This document shows, piece by piece, positions 36,705 to 45,980 of a stretch of 64,000 nt of DNA. How positions within the stretch are numbered: position 1 is the first letter of the stretch; each line of letters starts with the position of its first letter. The DNA comes from Solirubrobacterales bacterium (GTDB lineage: Bacteria; Bacillota; Syntrophomonadia; Syntrophomonadales; DTU052): assembly GCA_050258755.1 (NCBI GenBank), contig JBLMZI010000012.1, forward strand, positions 38,768-102,767. The letters are read 5' to 3'. The position numbers and the translations under genes are program-made. The notes under the pieces were generated by a model, which had not been told where the DNA came from, made no database searches, and worked only from the letters and a program-made list of their open reading frames with translations.

Positions 36705-38783
36705 CTATTGCTGGGGTTTGATGCCGTATTTGGCGGCTTTGCGGACAATGGTGGATTGGTTGACTTTGAGGGCCTTGGCGATTTGATAGGTGGAATCGTA
36801 CCGCGCGAAGGCGGCTTTTAGAATTTGATGCTCCAGGCTATCCATGGCGTCTTTGAGCGGCATGATTTCCGGTTCGGCAGCGGCCGCAGCCGGAATGGTC
36901 TGCAGATAGGCGGGCAGTTCGCCGGCATCAATGACGTTTTCTACGCTGGTGACCATCATCCGCTCGATCAGGTTTTCCAGCTCACGGACATTGCCCGGCC
37001 AGTCATAGCGCATCAGGCTATCGATCACTTCCGGACTGACCCGCTTGTTCATGTGATAACGCTGGTTAAAAAGATCGAGGAAATGGAGAATCAGCGCCGG
37101 AATATCTTCTCTGCGCTCTCTGAGCGGCGGGACCTGAATCGGGACCACGTTCAGACGGTAGAACAAATCCATCCGGAACTGTTTGGTCTTGATCATTTCG
37201 GTCAGATCCTGATTGGTGCCGGCCAGAATGCGGATGTCGATGTTGATCGGCTTGGTGCCGCCGACCCGGGTCAGCTGGCGCTCCTGAAGCACCCGGAGCA
37301 GTTTGACCTGCAGGTTCATGGGCAGTTCGGCGATTTCGTCCAGGAAGATGGTGCCGCCGCCGGCCAGCTCGAACAGGCCGGGTTTTCCCGTTTTGCTGGC
37401 GCCGGTGAAGGCGCCGGGTTCATAGCCGAACAGCTCGGATTCCAGCAGGTTTTCCGGGATGGCGCCGCAGTTGACCTTGATAAACGGGCCGTCCCGGCGT
37501 TCGCTGTTGGCGTGGATGATGTCGGCGATCATTTCTTTGCCCACACCGGATTCGCCCTGAATAAAAACGGTCGAATCGACCGCCGCCAATCGGACCGCCA
37601 GTTGGAGCAAATCCTGCATTTTGCCGGAACGTGCCACGACCTTCCGGGTGCTGCTCAGAGTCAGCTGTTCCAGTTTGGTCCGGTAGAACTGGCTCAAGCC
37701 TTCAGCCTGCTCAAGCTTGCGCTGGAGATCGCTTAATTCGGTGACGTCCCGGACATTGGTGACCACTAGGACAATATTGCCGGCTTCATCAAAGATCGGA
37801 TTGCTGGTGACCAGGACCCACTTGCCGGTCCGGGCCTGCAGGGTAATGGTGACCCGTTCACGCTTTTCGATCGCCAGCAGGGAACCGGAACGGGAATAGA
37901 CCCCGGTTTCCACCAGTTCTGCCATGTTCCGCCCGATACATTCCTCTTTAGGCACGCCGGTGATACGGCAGAAGCCCTGATTCACCCGAAGGGTGGTTCC
38001 TTCGCCGTCAGTGACGTACAGCCCGTCAAAAGAGGATTCGATGATCGCATCCAGCTCGCTCGCCAGCCGTTTGGTGGATTCGAGTTCCTGGGAAATGGTT
38101 TCGAGTTCTGAAACGTCCTGCATGACGGCAACCGCGCCGACGATCTGACCATTTTTAATAATCGGGGAGCGGTTGGAAATGAAGACCCGGTCGCCAACCA
38201 CAATTTTCTGGGTGGAACGCGCCTCGCCGGTTTCGAGGATTTCCAGCAATCCGGTATTTTTAAAGATTTCTTTGATATTGCGGCCTTGAATATTCCTGGC
38301 GGTCCGCCCCAGAATCTTTTCCAGGGCTTTGTTGAAGCTTCTGATGTTTCCCTGTGCGTCGATGGAAACCAGGGGATTGTGCATGGCATTGCCGATCGCC
38401 TGCAGGTCTTCGCTGGCGCGGGCCCACATCTGTCCCATAGCGGTTAGCATGTCCGAGCGGGTGATATAGCCGGTCAATTTCCCGTCTTTTATCACGGGCA
38501 GGCTGGATTGGGCGCTTTCCCAGAAGTCTCGAATGTCGTCCTCTTCGGACAAGGTGTTGACGTTGGCAGCGGTAAGCCGAATGACTGGCGTTTCGGGGGA
38601 AAGCCCCTTGAAAAGAACCTCCAGCAGGCGGCTTTTTGAGACAATGCCCAGCAGCCGGTGTTCGGCATCCAAAACCGGGGCGTCGTCAATCCCGTGTTCA
38701 TTCAGCAGACGCGCTACTTCGACGGCGGTCTGATTCGGACGGACGGTGATCGGATTCGGATTCATCAGGTTACGGCTGAGCAT
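36705..38783 (-). CDS. Sigma-54-dependent transcriptional activator (CBS pair, two PAS, AAA+, Fis-type HTH)
   Basis: GESGVGKE Walker A, an intact GAFTGA loop, a C-terminal HTH (STYQIAKALKVNQSTIVRK) and an N-terminal CBS pair. The ATG at 38783 is preferred over the track start at 39005. Confidence 0.9.
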   Translation of the reverse strand: MLSRNLMNPNPITVRPNQTAVEVARLLNEHGIDDAPVLDAEHRLLGIVSKSRLLEVLFKGLSPETPVIRLTAANVNTLSEEDDIRDFWESAQSSLPVIKDGKLTGYITRSDMLTAMGQMWARASEDLQAIGNAMHNPLVSIDAQGNIRSFNKALEKILGRTARNIQGRNIKEIFKNTGLLEILETGEARSTQKIVVGDRVFISNRSPIIKNGQIVGAVAVMQDVSELETISQELESTKRLASELDAIIESSFDGLYVTDGEGTTLRVNQGFCRITGVPKEECIGRNMAELVETGVYSRSGSLLAIEKRERVTITLQARTGKWVLVTSNPIFDEAGNIVLVVTNVRDVTELSDLQRKLEQAEGLSQFYRTKLEQLTLSSTRKVVARSGKMQDLLQLAVRLAAVDSTVFIQGESGVGKEMIADIIHANSERRDGPFIKVNCGAIPENLLESELFGYEPGAFTGASKTGKPGLFELAGGGTIFLDEIAELPMNLQVKLLRVLQERQLTRVGGTKPINIDIRILAGTNQDLTEMIKTKQFRMDLFYRLNVVPIQVPPLRERREDIPALILHFLDLFNQRYHMNKRVSPEVIDSLMRYDWPGNVRELENLIERMMVTSVENVIDAGELPAYLQTIPAAAAAEPEIMPLKDAMDSLEHQILKAAFARYDSTYQIAKALKVNQSTIVRKAAKYGIKPQQ

Positions 38784-39059
38784 GCCAGATCCCCAGTCTT
38801 TTTCCAGTTTCCTAAACCTTATTATACCATGCCGGGTGTGCATTTTTCGGGTGTAGCTGGCTGTCAGCCGATTGAAAAACTGGCCGCATGATCCGATGCG
38901 TTTCGGCGAATGCACTATTTTTCGCCAGATTATTAAGCGATGTTCGTGAAGAATTAACCTTCTGTTAACGTTGCCGGGCAAGCAATTTATTAGAATAAGA
39001 AACAAACGGAATGCTTGTATCTATTTTAGCCCTGCTTTCACGGGTAAGGGCATGGCCAA

Positions 39060-39266
39060 ATGAAACCGGGCCTGAACCCGTTGATGGATAGAGAAAAGGG
39101 GGACGCTGAAGTGAGATCAAATGACCAAACGGCGGTTTGCGAGAAATGCAAGTGTAAAATTTGCGCGAATCAGACCTGCCGTTCCACCGAGTGCGAGAAC
39201 TGTTCCTGCAGTCAGGCTGCCCTGGACAATGCGCGGTTTGCCTGTTATGAACCGATGGACGATTAA
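39060..39266 (+). CDS. Small cysteine-rich protein (9 Cys; start uncertain, ATG 39060 or GTG 39111)
   Basis: ...AVCEKCKCKICANQTCRSTECENCSCSQAALDNARFACYEPMDD. SD AAGGGGG lies 8 nt before the GTG at 39111, and an intrinsic terminator follows. Confidence 0.5.
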   Translation: MKPGLNPLMDREKGDAEVRSNDQTAVCEKCKCKICANQTCRSTECENCSCSQAALDNARFACYEPMDD

Positions 39267-39299
39267 CCCGCTGGCGCAACCTGTGACTGATGACAATTG

Positions 39300-39345
39300 A
39301 AAAGCCCTGGCCAGTTTGTACTGGTCCAGGGCTTATTTTATTTTG
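39300..39345 (+). terminator. Intrinsic terminator between convergent small genes
   Basis: 13-bp stem AAGCCCTGGCCAG/CTGG(T)CCAGGGCTT followed by TATTTTATTTT. Confidence 0.7.
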
Positions 39346-39364
39346 TGAGGAATATCGCAAACCG

Positions 39365-39541
39365 TTACATCGCACTCAACGCCGCCTGGCACTGGTTGAT
39401 GCAGGCATCAATGGATTGGACCGCTTTACTCAGCTCATCCTTGGCTTTTGGGGCAGTCGTGCCCTGGCTCAAACTCTGGATGTCGGTTTTGGTGTTCCGG
39501 CAGTGATTCAGGCAGGATTGCAGCATCATTTTGTCGTCCAT
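39365..39541 (-). CDS. Unlisted 58-aa helical protein with two CxxxC motifs (possibly DUF1657-like)
   Basis: Not in the ORF track (under 60 aa). SD AGGAGGTG lies 5 nt before the ATG. Translation: MDDKMMLQSCLNHCRNTKTDIQSLSQGTTAPKAKDELSKAVQSIDACINQCQAALSAM. It starts 54 nt downstream of the response-regulator gene. Confidence 0.6.
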   Translation of the reverse strand: MDDKMMLQSCLNHCRNTKTDIQSLSQGTTAPKAKDELSKAVQSIDACINQCQAALSAM

Positions 39542-39595
39542 ATACTCACCTCCTGGGTGGAGGATGCCCGGTTTTACGCCTGATTATCCGATTAA

Positions 39596-40948
39596 TTATC
39601 TCAGCCCGTGTTTTTCCATCCGATAAATCAAGGTATAGCGGGTCATTCCCAGCAGGGCTGCCGCCCGGGTTTGATTGCCGCCCGCGCGTTCCAGCGCTTG
39701 AACGATCAGACTTCGCTCCAAGGCCTCCAGGTTCATTCCTCCGGGCGGAAGGGTGAGGCCGGATTCACCGGTGACGCCGCCGGGGTGAAGCACTTCGGCG
39801 GGCAGCAGTTCGGGACCGATCACAGATTGGGTGGTCAGGATCACTGCCCGCTCCAAAACGTTCTGCAGTTCGCGGACATTACCGGGCCAGGGATAGGCTG
39901 TCAGCAGCCGCAGGGTCTCGTCCGCGAGGCGCAGCGGCGGACGGCCCAATTCCGCCGCATAATGCTTAACAAAAAAAACGGCAAGATCGGGTATGTCTTC
40001 ACGCCTTAACCGAAGCGGCGGAACTTCGATGCGCACCACGTTCAGCCGGTAGTACAGGTCTTCCCGGAATTGACCGGTCTGAATTGCGGCGGTCAGGTCC
40101 CGGTTGGTTGCGGCGATGACCCGAACGTCGACTTTGATCGTCTCGGTGCCGCCAACCCGTTCGAATTCCTTTTCCTGCAGTATCCGCAGCAATTTGACCT
40201 GCATATTTAACGGCAGTTCGCCGATCTCGTCCAGAAAGAGGGTCCCGTGATCGGCGCGCTCGAAACGGCCGGCTTTCCTGGATACGGCCCCGGTAAAGGC
40301 GCCTTTTTCATGGCCAAACAGTTCGCTTTCGATCAGGTTTTCCGGAATGGCGGCACAGTTGACCTTGATCATCGGTTGGTCGCGGCGCGGGCTGAGCCGG
40401 TGCACCGAAAGCGCTACCAGTTCTTTGCCGGTGCCGCTTTCGCCGGTAACCAGGACGGTTGCCGGAGCCGCGGCGACCTGTTGAATCAGCATGCCGAGGT
40501 TTTTCATCGCCGGGGAACTGCCCACGACATCGGGCAGCGCTTCGCTGGCGGCTTCCTGTCGCCAGAATCGGACTTCATCCTTTAATTTTTCGATTCCCAG
40601 CGCTTTGGCAACGGAAAGCTTGACCGCCTCGATTTCAAACGGTTTCAAAATGACGTCGCTGGCGCCGCGTTTCATCGCCTCAACCGCGGTTTCGATGGTT
40701 CCAAAGCCGGTGATCATTATTAAGGGCAAACCGGGTTCGGTTTCCCGGATTCGGGCCAGTAATTCCAGGCCGTCCATTCCGGGCATTTTGTAATCACACA
40801 GAATCAGGTCGGGGGTTTCTTTCCGAACCGCCGCTAAAGCGGTTTGGCCGTTTTCGCGGGAGATGATCTGATGCCCGTCCTTTTTCAGGGCTTTTTCCAG
40901 GGCCCAACGCATGTTGGCATCGTCATCGACGATGAGAATCAAAGCCAT
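39596..40948 (-). CDS. NtrC-family sigma-54-dependent response regulator (REC, AAA+, Fis HTH)
   Basis: MALILIVDDD... receiver domain, GESGTGKE, an intact GAFTGA and a C-terminal HTH. Confidence 0.9.
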   Translation of the reverse strand: MALILIVDDDANMRWALEKALKKDGHQIISRENGQTALAAVRKETPDLILCDYKMPGMDGLELLARIRETEPGLPLIMITGFGTIETAVEAMKRGASDVILKPFEIEAVKLSVAKALGIEKLKDEVRFWRQEAASEALPDVVGSSPAMKNLGMLIQQVAAAPATVLVTGESGTGKELVALSVHRLSPRRDQPMIKVNCAAIPENLIESELFGHEKGAFTGAVSRKAGRFERADHGTLFLDEIGELPLNMQVKLLRILQEKEFERVGGTETIKVDVRVIAATNRDLTAAIQTGQFREDLYYRLNVVRIEVPPLRLRREDIPDLAVFFVKHYAAELGRPPLRLADETLRLLTAYPWPGNVRELQNVLERAVILTTQSVIGPELLPAEVLHPGGVTGESGLTLPPGGMNLEALERSLIVQALERAGGNQTRAAALLGMTRYTLIYRMEKHGLR

Positions 40949-40950
40949 GA

Positions 40951-42069
40951 TCAGACCTCCTTTGCCGGGAGAATGAGGCGCACAATGGTTCCGGCGCCTT
41001 CACTGCTCTGGATTTCGATCTGGCCGCAATGATCGCGGACAATCCGCTGTACGATTGCCAGGCCAAGCCCGGTTCCCTGGTCCCGGGTGGTAAAAAACGG
41101 GTCGAAGACCTGGGACAGCAGTTCGGGTGGAATACCCGATCCCTGGTCGGCGATTTCGATCACGGCTTGCGGCCGTCCCGGCCGGGGACCAGTGAGCCGC
41201 ATGGTGATTCGGCTGCCGGCCTGCGAAGCCTGCACGGCGTTGAGACCGAGGTTTACGATGGCTTGCTTGAGCATTTCCGCATCCCCGAGCAGCACGAGCG
41301 GCTTCCCATACGGGTCATAATCCACCGGAACTTGATGGTGAACGCCATACCGGTTCAGCAGTTGGACCGATTGGTCCAGCACCGCGGCCAGATCGATTTC
41401 GGAAACCGCGGGAAGCTGTGGCCGGGAAAAGTCCAGCAAGCCTCGTACGACTTGATTGGCCCGGTCGACCTCCTGCACGATCACATCGAGTGATTCCGAT
41501 ATTTCACGGTTATCGGGCTTTTCATCCCGGGCCAGCTGGGCGGCGGCTTTAATAACCCCAAGCGGGCTGCGGATTTCGTGGGCGACCCCGGCAGCCAGCC
41601 GGCCGACCGCAGCCAGCCGGTCGGCGGCACGGACTTCGGCTTCCATCGCCTCCAATTGGGCGACTTTCGCGGCAAGTTGGAGCCGCTGGCGCCGTTCGGA
41701 ACCGGCCAAAATGCCGGTTACGGTTCCAACCACCACAAAAAGGGCGATTTCCATCAGCTGATTGACGACTTCCAGTTCCGGGGTTCCCAGATACAGAACC
41801 AGATGCGGCGCGTACGCCAGACCGCATAGGATTGAAGCCAGAAGACCGCCCCGCAGGCCGAAACGATACGCGGCGAGAATGATGGGAATGTAGTATAGCC
41901 GGCGCAGAAATTCATGCACCGCAAAGGCATTGATCACCGTGTTCATGTGGGCGAAGGTGATCACAGTTATGGTGATGAAAATGGCCAGCACCCAACCCCA
42001 TTGGGCAGTGCTGGCCGGGGATACGGCCGTTTGAGCCGGGTTGTCAAAACGAAGCCTGAAATTCGCCAC
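40951..42069 (-). CDS. Membrane sensor histidine kinase, partner of the NtrC-type regulator
   Basis: N-terminal TM bundle, H-box AHEIRSPL and an HATPase_c domain (DQGSGI, GTGLGL). The GTG at 42069 with GGAGG 5 nt upstream is preferred over the track TTG at 42081. Confidence 0.85.
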   Translation of the reverse strand: MANFRLRFDNPAQTAVSPASTAQWGWVLAIFITITVITFAHMNTVINAFAVHEFLRRLYYIPIILAAYRFGLRGGLLASILCGLAYAPHLVLYLGTPELEVVNQLMEIALFVVVGTVTGILAGSERRQRLQLAAKVAQLEAMEAEVRAADRLAAVGRLAAGVAHEIRSPLGVIKAAAQLARDEKPDNREISESLDVIVQEVDRANQVVRGLLDFSRPQLPAVSEIDLAAVLDQSVQLLNRYGVHHQVPVDYDPYGKPLVLLGDAEMLKQAIVNLGLNAVQASQAGSRITMRLTGPRPGRPQAVIEIADQGSGIPPELLSQVFDPFFTTRDQGTGLGLAIVQRIVRDHCGQIEIQSSEGAGTIVRLILPAKEV

Positions 42070-42110
42070 AAGAGCCTCCAAAGCCGCCTCCGGCTTTCCG
42101 CCAGTTGGTT

Positions 42111-44510
42111 CTATGCGAGCTTGACCCGTTTGAGGCGCAGCGCGTTGCTGACGACCGAGACAGAACTCAAAGCCATCGCGCCTCCGGCCAGGATTGGGCT
42201 TAACAGTCCGCTCGCGGCCAGCGGGATTCCGATGATGTTGTAGATAAAGGCCCAGAACAGGTTTTGCTTGATGTTGCGCATGGTGACGCGGCTGAGTTGA
42301 ATGGCGGTCACAATGGTGCGCAAATCACCGCGCATCAGTGTGATGTCGGCTGCTTCCATGGCGACATCGGTTCCGGTTCCCATGGCGATGCCGACATCAG
42401 CGGTGGCCAGGGCAGGAGCATCATTGATGCCGTCGCCCACCATCGCGACAATACGCCCGGCATCGCGTAGTTTTTGCACTTCATTGGCCTTTTCTTCCGG
42501 CAGCACTTCAGCCAGGATGTTGGTGATGCCGACTTCTTTCGCGATGGCGGATGCGGTCCGCCGGTTATCGCCGGTGATCATCCAGACATCAATACCCATT
42601 CCAGTCAGTTCCCGAATCGCCTGTGCTGAGGATTCCTTGACCCGGTCAGCCACCGCGAGCACCGCGGCCGGAGACTGGTCAACGGCCATAACGACCGTGG
42701 TTTTCCCGGAACCTTCAAGGGATTCAACCACCTGCCGCACCGGAGCGGTATCAACGCCCTCACTGGCCAGAAAGCGAAGCGTCCCAATCAAAACCGATTT
42801 GGATCCGATCCGGGCAGTCACCCCGTGTCCGGGAATGGCGTTGAATTCGTCCGGATCGTCGATCGTGGCCCCGGACAGCCGTTCCCGGACTCCGGCTACG
42901 ATTGCCTGCGCAATCGGGTGTTCCGACATTTTTTCGACCCGGGCGGCCAGGAGCAGTACTTCGCTTTCCTGTCCGGTGTAGGCTTCCAAGGGATGCACAT
43001 CAGTCAGTTCCGGCTCCCCTTTGGTGATGGTTCCGGTCTTATCAAGCACCACGGCAGTAATGCGGTGCGCTTGCTCCAGGTGTTCGCCCCCGCGGATGAG
43101 AATGCCGTTCTCAGCGCCGCGCCCGGTTCCAACCATGATGGAGGTCGGGGTCGCAAGCCCCATCGCGCAGGGACAGGCGATGACCAGGACGGCCGTGGCG
43201 TTGATCAGCGCATGGGCCAGATTGCCCGGGTCCAGCCACCAGAACCAGACCGCAAAGGTGGCCAGTGCGATAGCGATGACCGCCGGAACAAAATACCCAG
43301 CCACGATATCAGCGATCCGCTGAATGGGCGCCTTGGACCCCTGCGCTTCCTGAACCACGCGGATAATCTGCGCCAGGACCGTATCCCGCCCGACCCGGGT
43401 CGCTTCGACTTTCAGCAGGCCAAATTTATTAACCGTGGCGCCTGCGACCGGGTCCCCCGTATTTTTGTCAATCGGGACGCTCTCGCCGGTCAGCATGGAT
43501 TCGTCCACCGCGGAATAGCCTTCCCGCACGATGCCGTCAACCGGTATGCGCTCACCGGGGCGAACGATAACCAGGTCGCCGACCAGTACTTCGCCCGTCG
43601 GAATGTCCATCTCGATTCCGTCCCGAACCACCCGGGCGGTTTTTGGGGCCAATCCGACCAACTTCCGAATCGCGTCCGAGGTCCGGCCTTTGGCCAGGGC
43701 TTCAAGGTATTTGCCCAGCAGGATTAAAGTGATCAAAAGGGCGCTGACTTCAAAGTATAAGTGCGCTCCCGGCAGCCAAATTGCGGCTGCCAGGCTGTAA
43801 AAATAGGCGACACTGGTCCCCAGGGCCACCAGAACGTCCATATTGGCACTGCCGCTGCGCAGAGCCGCGAAGGCCCCGCGGTAAAAGATTGCTCCGGCGC
43901 CGAATTGGACCGGTGTCGCGAGCAGCAGCATAAATGGCAGCGACATCATCCAGGCCGGGAAATGGATGTTCAACGGCTCAAGAACCATCATCAATACAAA
44001 GGGGATCGAAAGAACCGCCGAAAAAAGAAGCATTCTCCGGCGGGTTTTCATTTCCTCAGATACATTGGGCGCGCTCAGTTCGTCGGCCAGGTTCTCCATG
44101 ATCCGGGCGCCATATCCGACCCGTTCAACCGCTTTGATGATCATGGACGGCGTCAATTCACCGGAAAAGAATTCAACCGCGGCGGTTTCCGTGGCCAGAT
44201 TGACAGCCGCTTTTTTGATGCCCGGCAGCCCGGCCAGCGATTTTTCAACCCGGGCGGAACAGGACGCGCAGGTCATTCCGTCGATCTTAAGATCCAATCG
44301 TTCCGGGGGAACCGAGTAGCCCAGATCTTCGATCCGATGAACAAAATCGGATACTCTGGCCTGGTCCGGGTCATATTCGACCGAGGCCTGCTCCATCGCC
44401 AGGTTGACATTGGCCCGCAGAACGCCGGGCGCCTTATTCAAGCCTTTTTCGATGCGGGCGGCGCAGGCGGCGCAGGTCATGCCCCCGATTTTCAGCATTA
44501 CTTTTTCCAT
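42111..44510 (-). CDS. copA: Cu(I)-type P1B heavy-metal translocating ATPase with two N-terminal HMA domains
   Basis: [15 protein letters not shown] and [15 protein letters not shown], a CPC motif ([11 protein letters not shown]), DKTGT and [15 protein letters not shown] lies 8 nt before the ATG at 44510. Confidence 0.9.
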   Translation of the reverse strand: MEKVMLKIGGMTCAACAARIEKGLNKAPGVLRANVNLAMEQASVEYDPDQARVSDFVHRIEDLGYSVPPERLDLKIDGMTCASCSARVEKSLAGLPGIKKAAVNLATETAAVEFFSGELTPSMIIKAVERVGYGARIMENLADELSAPNVSEEMKTRRRMLLFSAVLSIPFVLMMVLEPLNIHFPAWMMSLPFMLLLATPVQFGAGAIFYRGAFAALRSGSANMDVLVALGTSVAYFYSLAAAIWLPGAHLYFEVSALLITLILLGKYLEALAKGRTSDAIRKLVGLAPKTARVVRDGIEMDIPTGEVLVGDLVIVRPGERIPVDGIVREGYSAVDESMLTGESVPIDKNTGDPVAGATVNKFGLLKVEATRVGRDTVLAQIIRVVQEAQGSKAPIQRIADIVAGYFVPAVIAIALATFAVWFWWLDPGNLAHALINATAVLVIACPCAMGLATPTSIMVGTGRGAENGILIRGGEHLEQAHRITAVVLDKTGTITKGEPELTDVHPLEAYTGQESEVLLLAARVEKMSEHPIAQAIVAGVRERLSGATIDDPDEFNAIPGHGVTARIGSKSVLIGTLRFLASEGVDTAPVRQVVESLEGSGKTTVVMAVDQSPAAVLAVADRVKESSAQAIRELTGMGIDVWMITGDNRRTASAIAKEVGITNILAEVLPEEKANEVQKLRDAGRIVAMVGDGINDAPALATADVGIAMGTGTDVAMEAADITLMRGDLRTIVTAIQLSRVTMRNIKQNLFWAFIYNIIGIPLAASGLLSPILAGGAMALSSVSVVSNALRLKRVKLA

Positions 44511-44747
44511 CGCGGCTGCCTCCAATAATCTGCGGCGGGGAAACCATGCACCAGCCTTCCGCAGACGGGTTATTCATATTATTCCGGATTCGCTTCAGAA
44601 CCTATCATTAGAGGGGAAGACGAAACGAACACGCTTCACCACGAGTATATCATTTGCAGTTCGACATCCCTTGCGCCGGTCGGCCGATGCCTGCTTACGC
44701 CGGGACGATAGCGCGGGGCGGGGATTGATATCCGCGTCCCATCGGGC

Positions 44748-45242
44748 TTACATTTTCATCGGGCCGCTGCTGTGAAAGCTTAAGACGTTGGGATCGAGCA
44801 TGCCAAAGATCATCGCGATGTGAGCCACGACCAGGAAAATCGCAACAAAGGTCGCATGCAGCTTTAGCTTTTCCAGGTCTGTGCGGTTTTTACCGACCAG
44901 TCCAAACTCCAGCAGGGTAAGGCCGCCCAGTGGGATAATGCCGGCCAGATAGAAACCAACCGCGATCACGTCCGCAATACCTCGCCAGCCGCCGTTGGCC
45001 GTCAGCGGAATGACCGCATTGGCCATGAGATAGACAAAGACACCGGAAAAGTAGATGCCGGCAATGGCACCGGCCCATTTGTTCAGCCGGCGAACCCAGG
45101 TGTCCAGCAAACTGCGGTCGAACAGAATGAACAGTTCGGTGACAGCCACCGTTTCCGCCAGTATGACGGGAATCGCCATAAAGAAAATCAGGTGCCAGGG
45201 CTGGGCGGTTGCCAGCAGTTCCATGTAGTGGGTCATGTTCAT
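44748..45242 (-). CDS. Small integral membrane protein (4-5 TM), unknown function
   Basis: SD GAGGAGG lies 8 nt before the ATG at 45242. The protein is hydrophobic throughout, and it is the first gene downstream of the minus-strand sigma-54 promoter. Confidence 0.7.
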   Translation of the reverse strand: MNMTHYMELLATAQPWHLIFFMAIPVILAETVAVTELFILFDRSLLDTWVRRLNKWAGAIAGIYFSGVFVYLMANAVIPLTANGGWRGIADVIAVGFYLAGIIPLGGLTLLEFGLVGKNRTDLEKLKLHATFVAIFLVVAHIAMIFGMLDPNVLSFHSSGPMKM

Positions 45243-45301
45243 TGGATTATCCTCCTCTTTTTCGGGCGCTTTTTTGTTCTGCACGCCTTCTTTCTAACGA
45301 T

Positions 45302-45317
45302 TGCAATAACCGTGCCA
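45302..45317 (-). promoter_or_regulatory. Sigma-54 (-24/-12) promoter on the minus strand
   Basis: The reverse complement reads TGGCAC-GGTTA-TTGCA, an exact consensus, about 60 nt upstream of the 45242 start. Confidence 0.75.
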
Positions 45318-45540
45318 AGCCGGTTTTGGCCCGGTATTAATAAGATCCTTGCGGATGGGCCGCTTTTTCTCACCGTATGTTTCGGACAGACTGGGGGATA
45401 TAACACGGTTTTCTGTGGCATTTCGCCCACCGGCGTCCGGCCTGTAAACGGAAAAATCCAGCCCGCCTGCCGTACAGCAAGTGGACTGGATGAAGCAAAG
45501 ATCAGCTATAGCGGCGTATTTAAATATCGGCGCGGTTTGC

Positions 45541-45972
45541 TTATTCCTCGTGAGCTTCTTCGTCATGATGGTCGTGAACCCCGCAGGCGCCGGTATCGCA
45601 CAGGGCCCGCTGCTGGCGGTAACTCTCGATCGCCAGATGCAGCGCATCAGCCGCCAGGTTGGAACAGTGCATCTTGACCGGCGGCAGACCATCGAGGGAT
45701 TCTGCTACCTTACGGTTGGTGACCTCACTGGCTTCCTCAAGGGTCTTTCCTTTGACCATCTCGGTGACCATGCTGCTGGTTGCAATCGCGGCCGCACAGC
45801 CGAAGGTCTTGAATTTAATATCCGCAATCCGCTGCTGGTCGTCGACCTTGATTTCAATGTGCATGATGTCGCCGCAGACCGGGTTGCCCACTTCGCCGAT
45901 CCCGTCGGCATTCTTGATTTCTCCGACGTTCCGAGGGTTCATAAAATGATCCATGACTTTCTGTGAGTACAT
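45541..45972 (-). CDS. Fe-S cluster scaffold IscU/NifU-like, with a Cys/His/acidic C-terminal tail
   Basis: NPVCGD, FGCAAAIA and MHCSNLA motifs. The ATG at 45972 has SD AAGGAAGGTGA. The tail is CDTGACGVHDHHDEEAHEE. Confidence 0.9.
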   Translation of the reverse strand: MYSQKVMDHFMNPRNVGEIKNADGIGEVGNPVCGDIMHIEIKVDDQQRIADIKFKTFGCAAAIATSSMVTEMVKGKTLEEASEVTNRKVAESLDGLPPVKMHCSNLAADALHLAIESYRQQRALCDTGACGVHDHHDEEAHEE

Positions 45973-45980
45973 GATCTTCG

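Noticed and set aside
38784-39005. 74-codon N-terminal extension of the sigma-54 activator
   Set aside because: The extension is not homologous to anything I recognise, and the CBS domain begins immediately at the Met at 38783. The start remains somewhat uncertain.
39383-39400. Sigma-54-like TGGCACtggttGATGCA on the + strand
   Set aside because: The GC of the -12 element is shifted by one position. The site also lies inside, and antisense to, the 58-aa gene.
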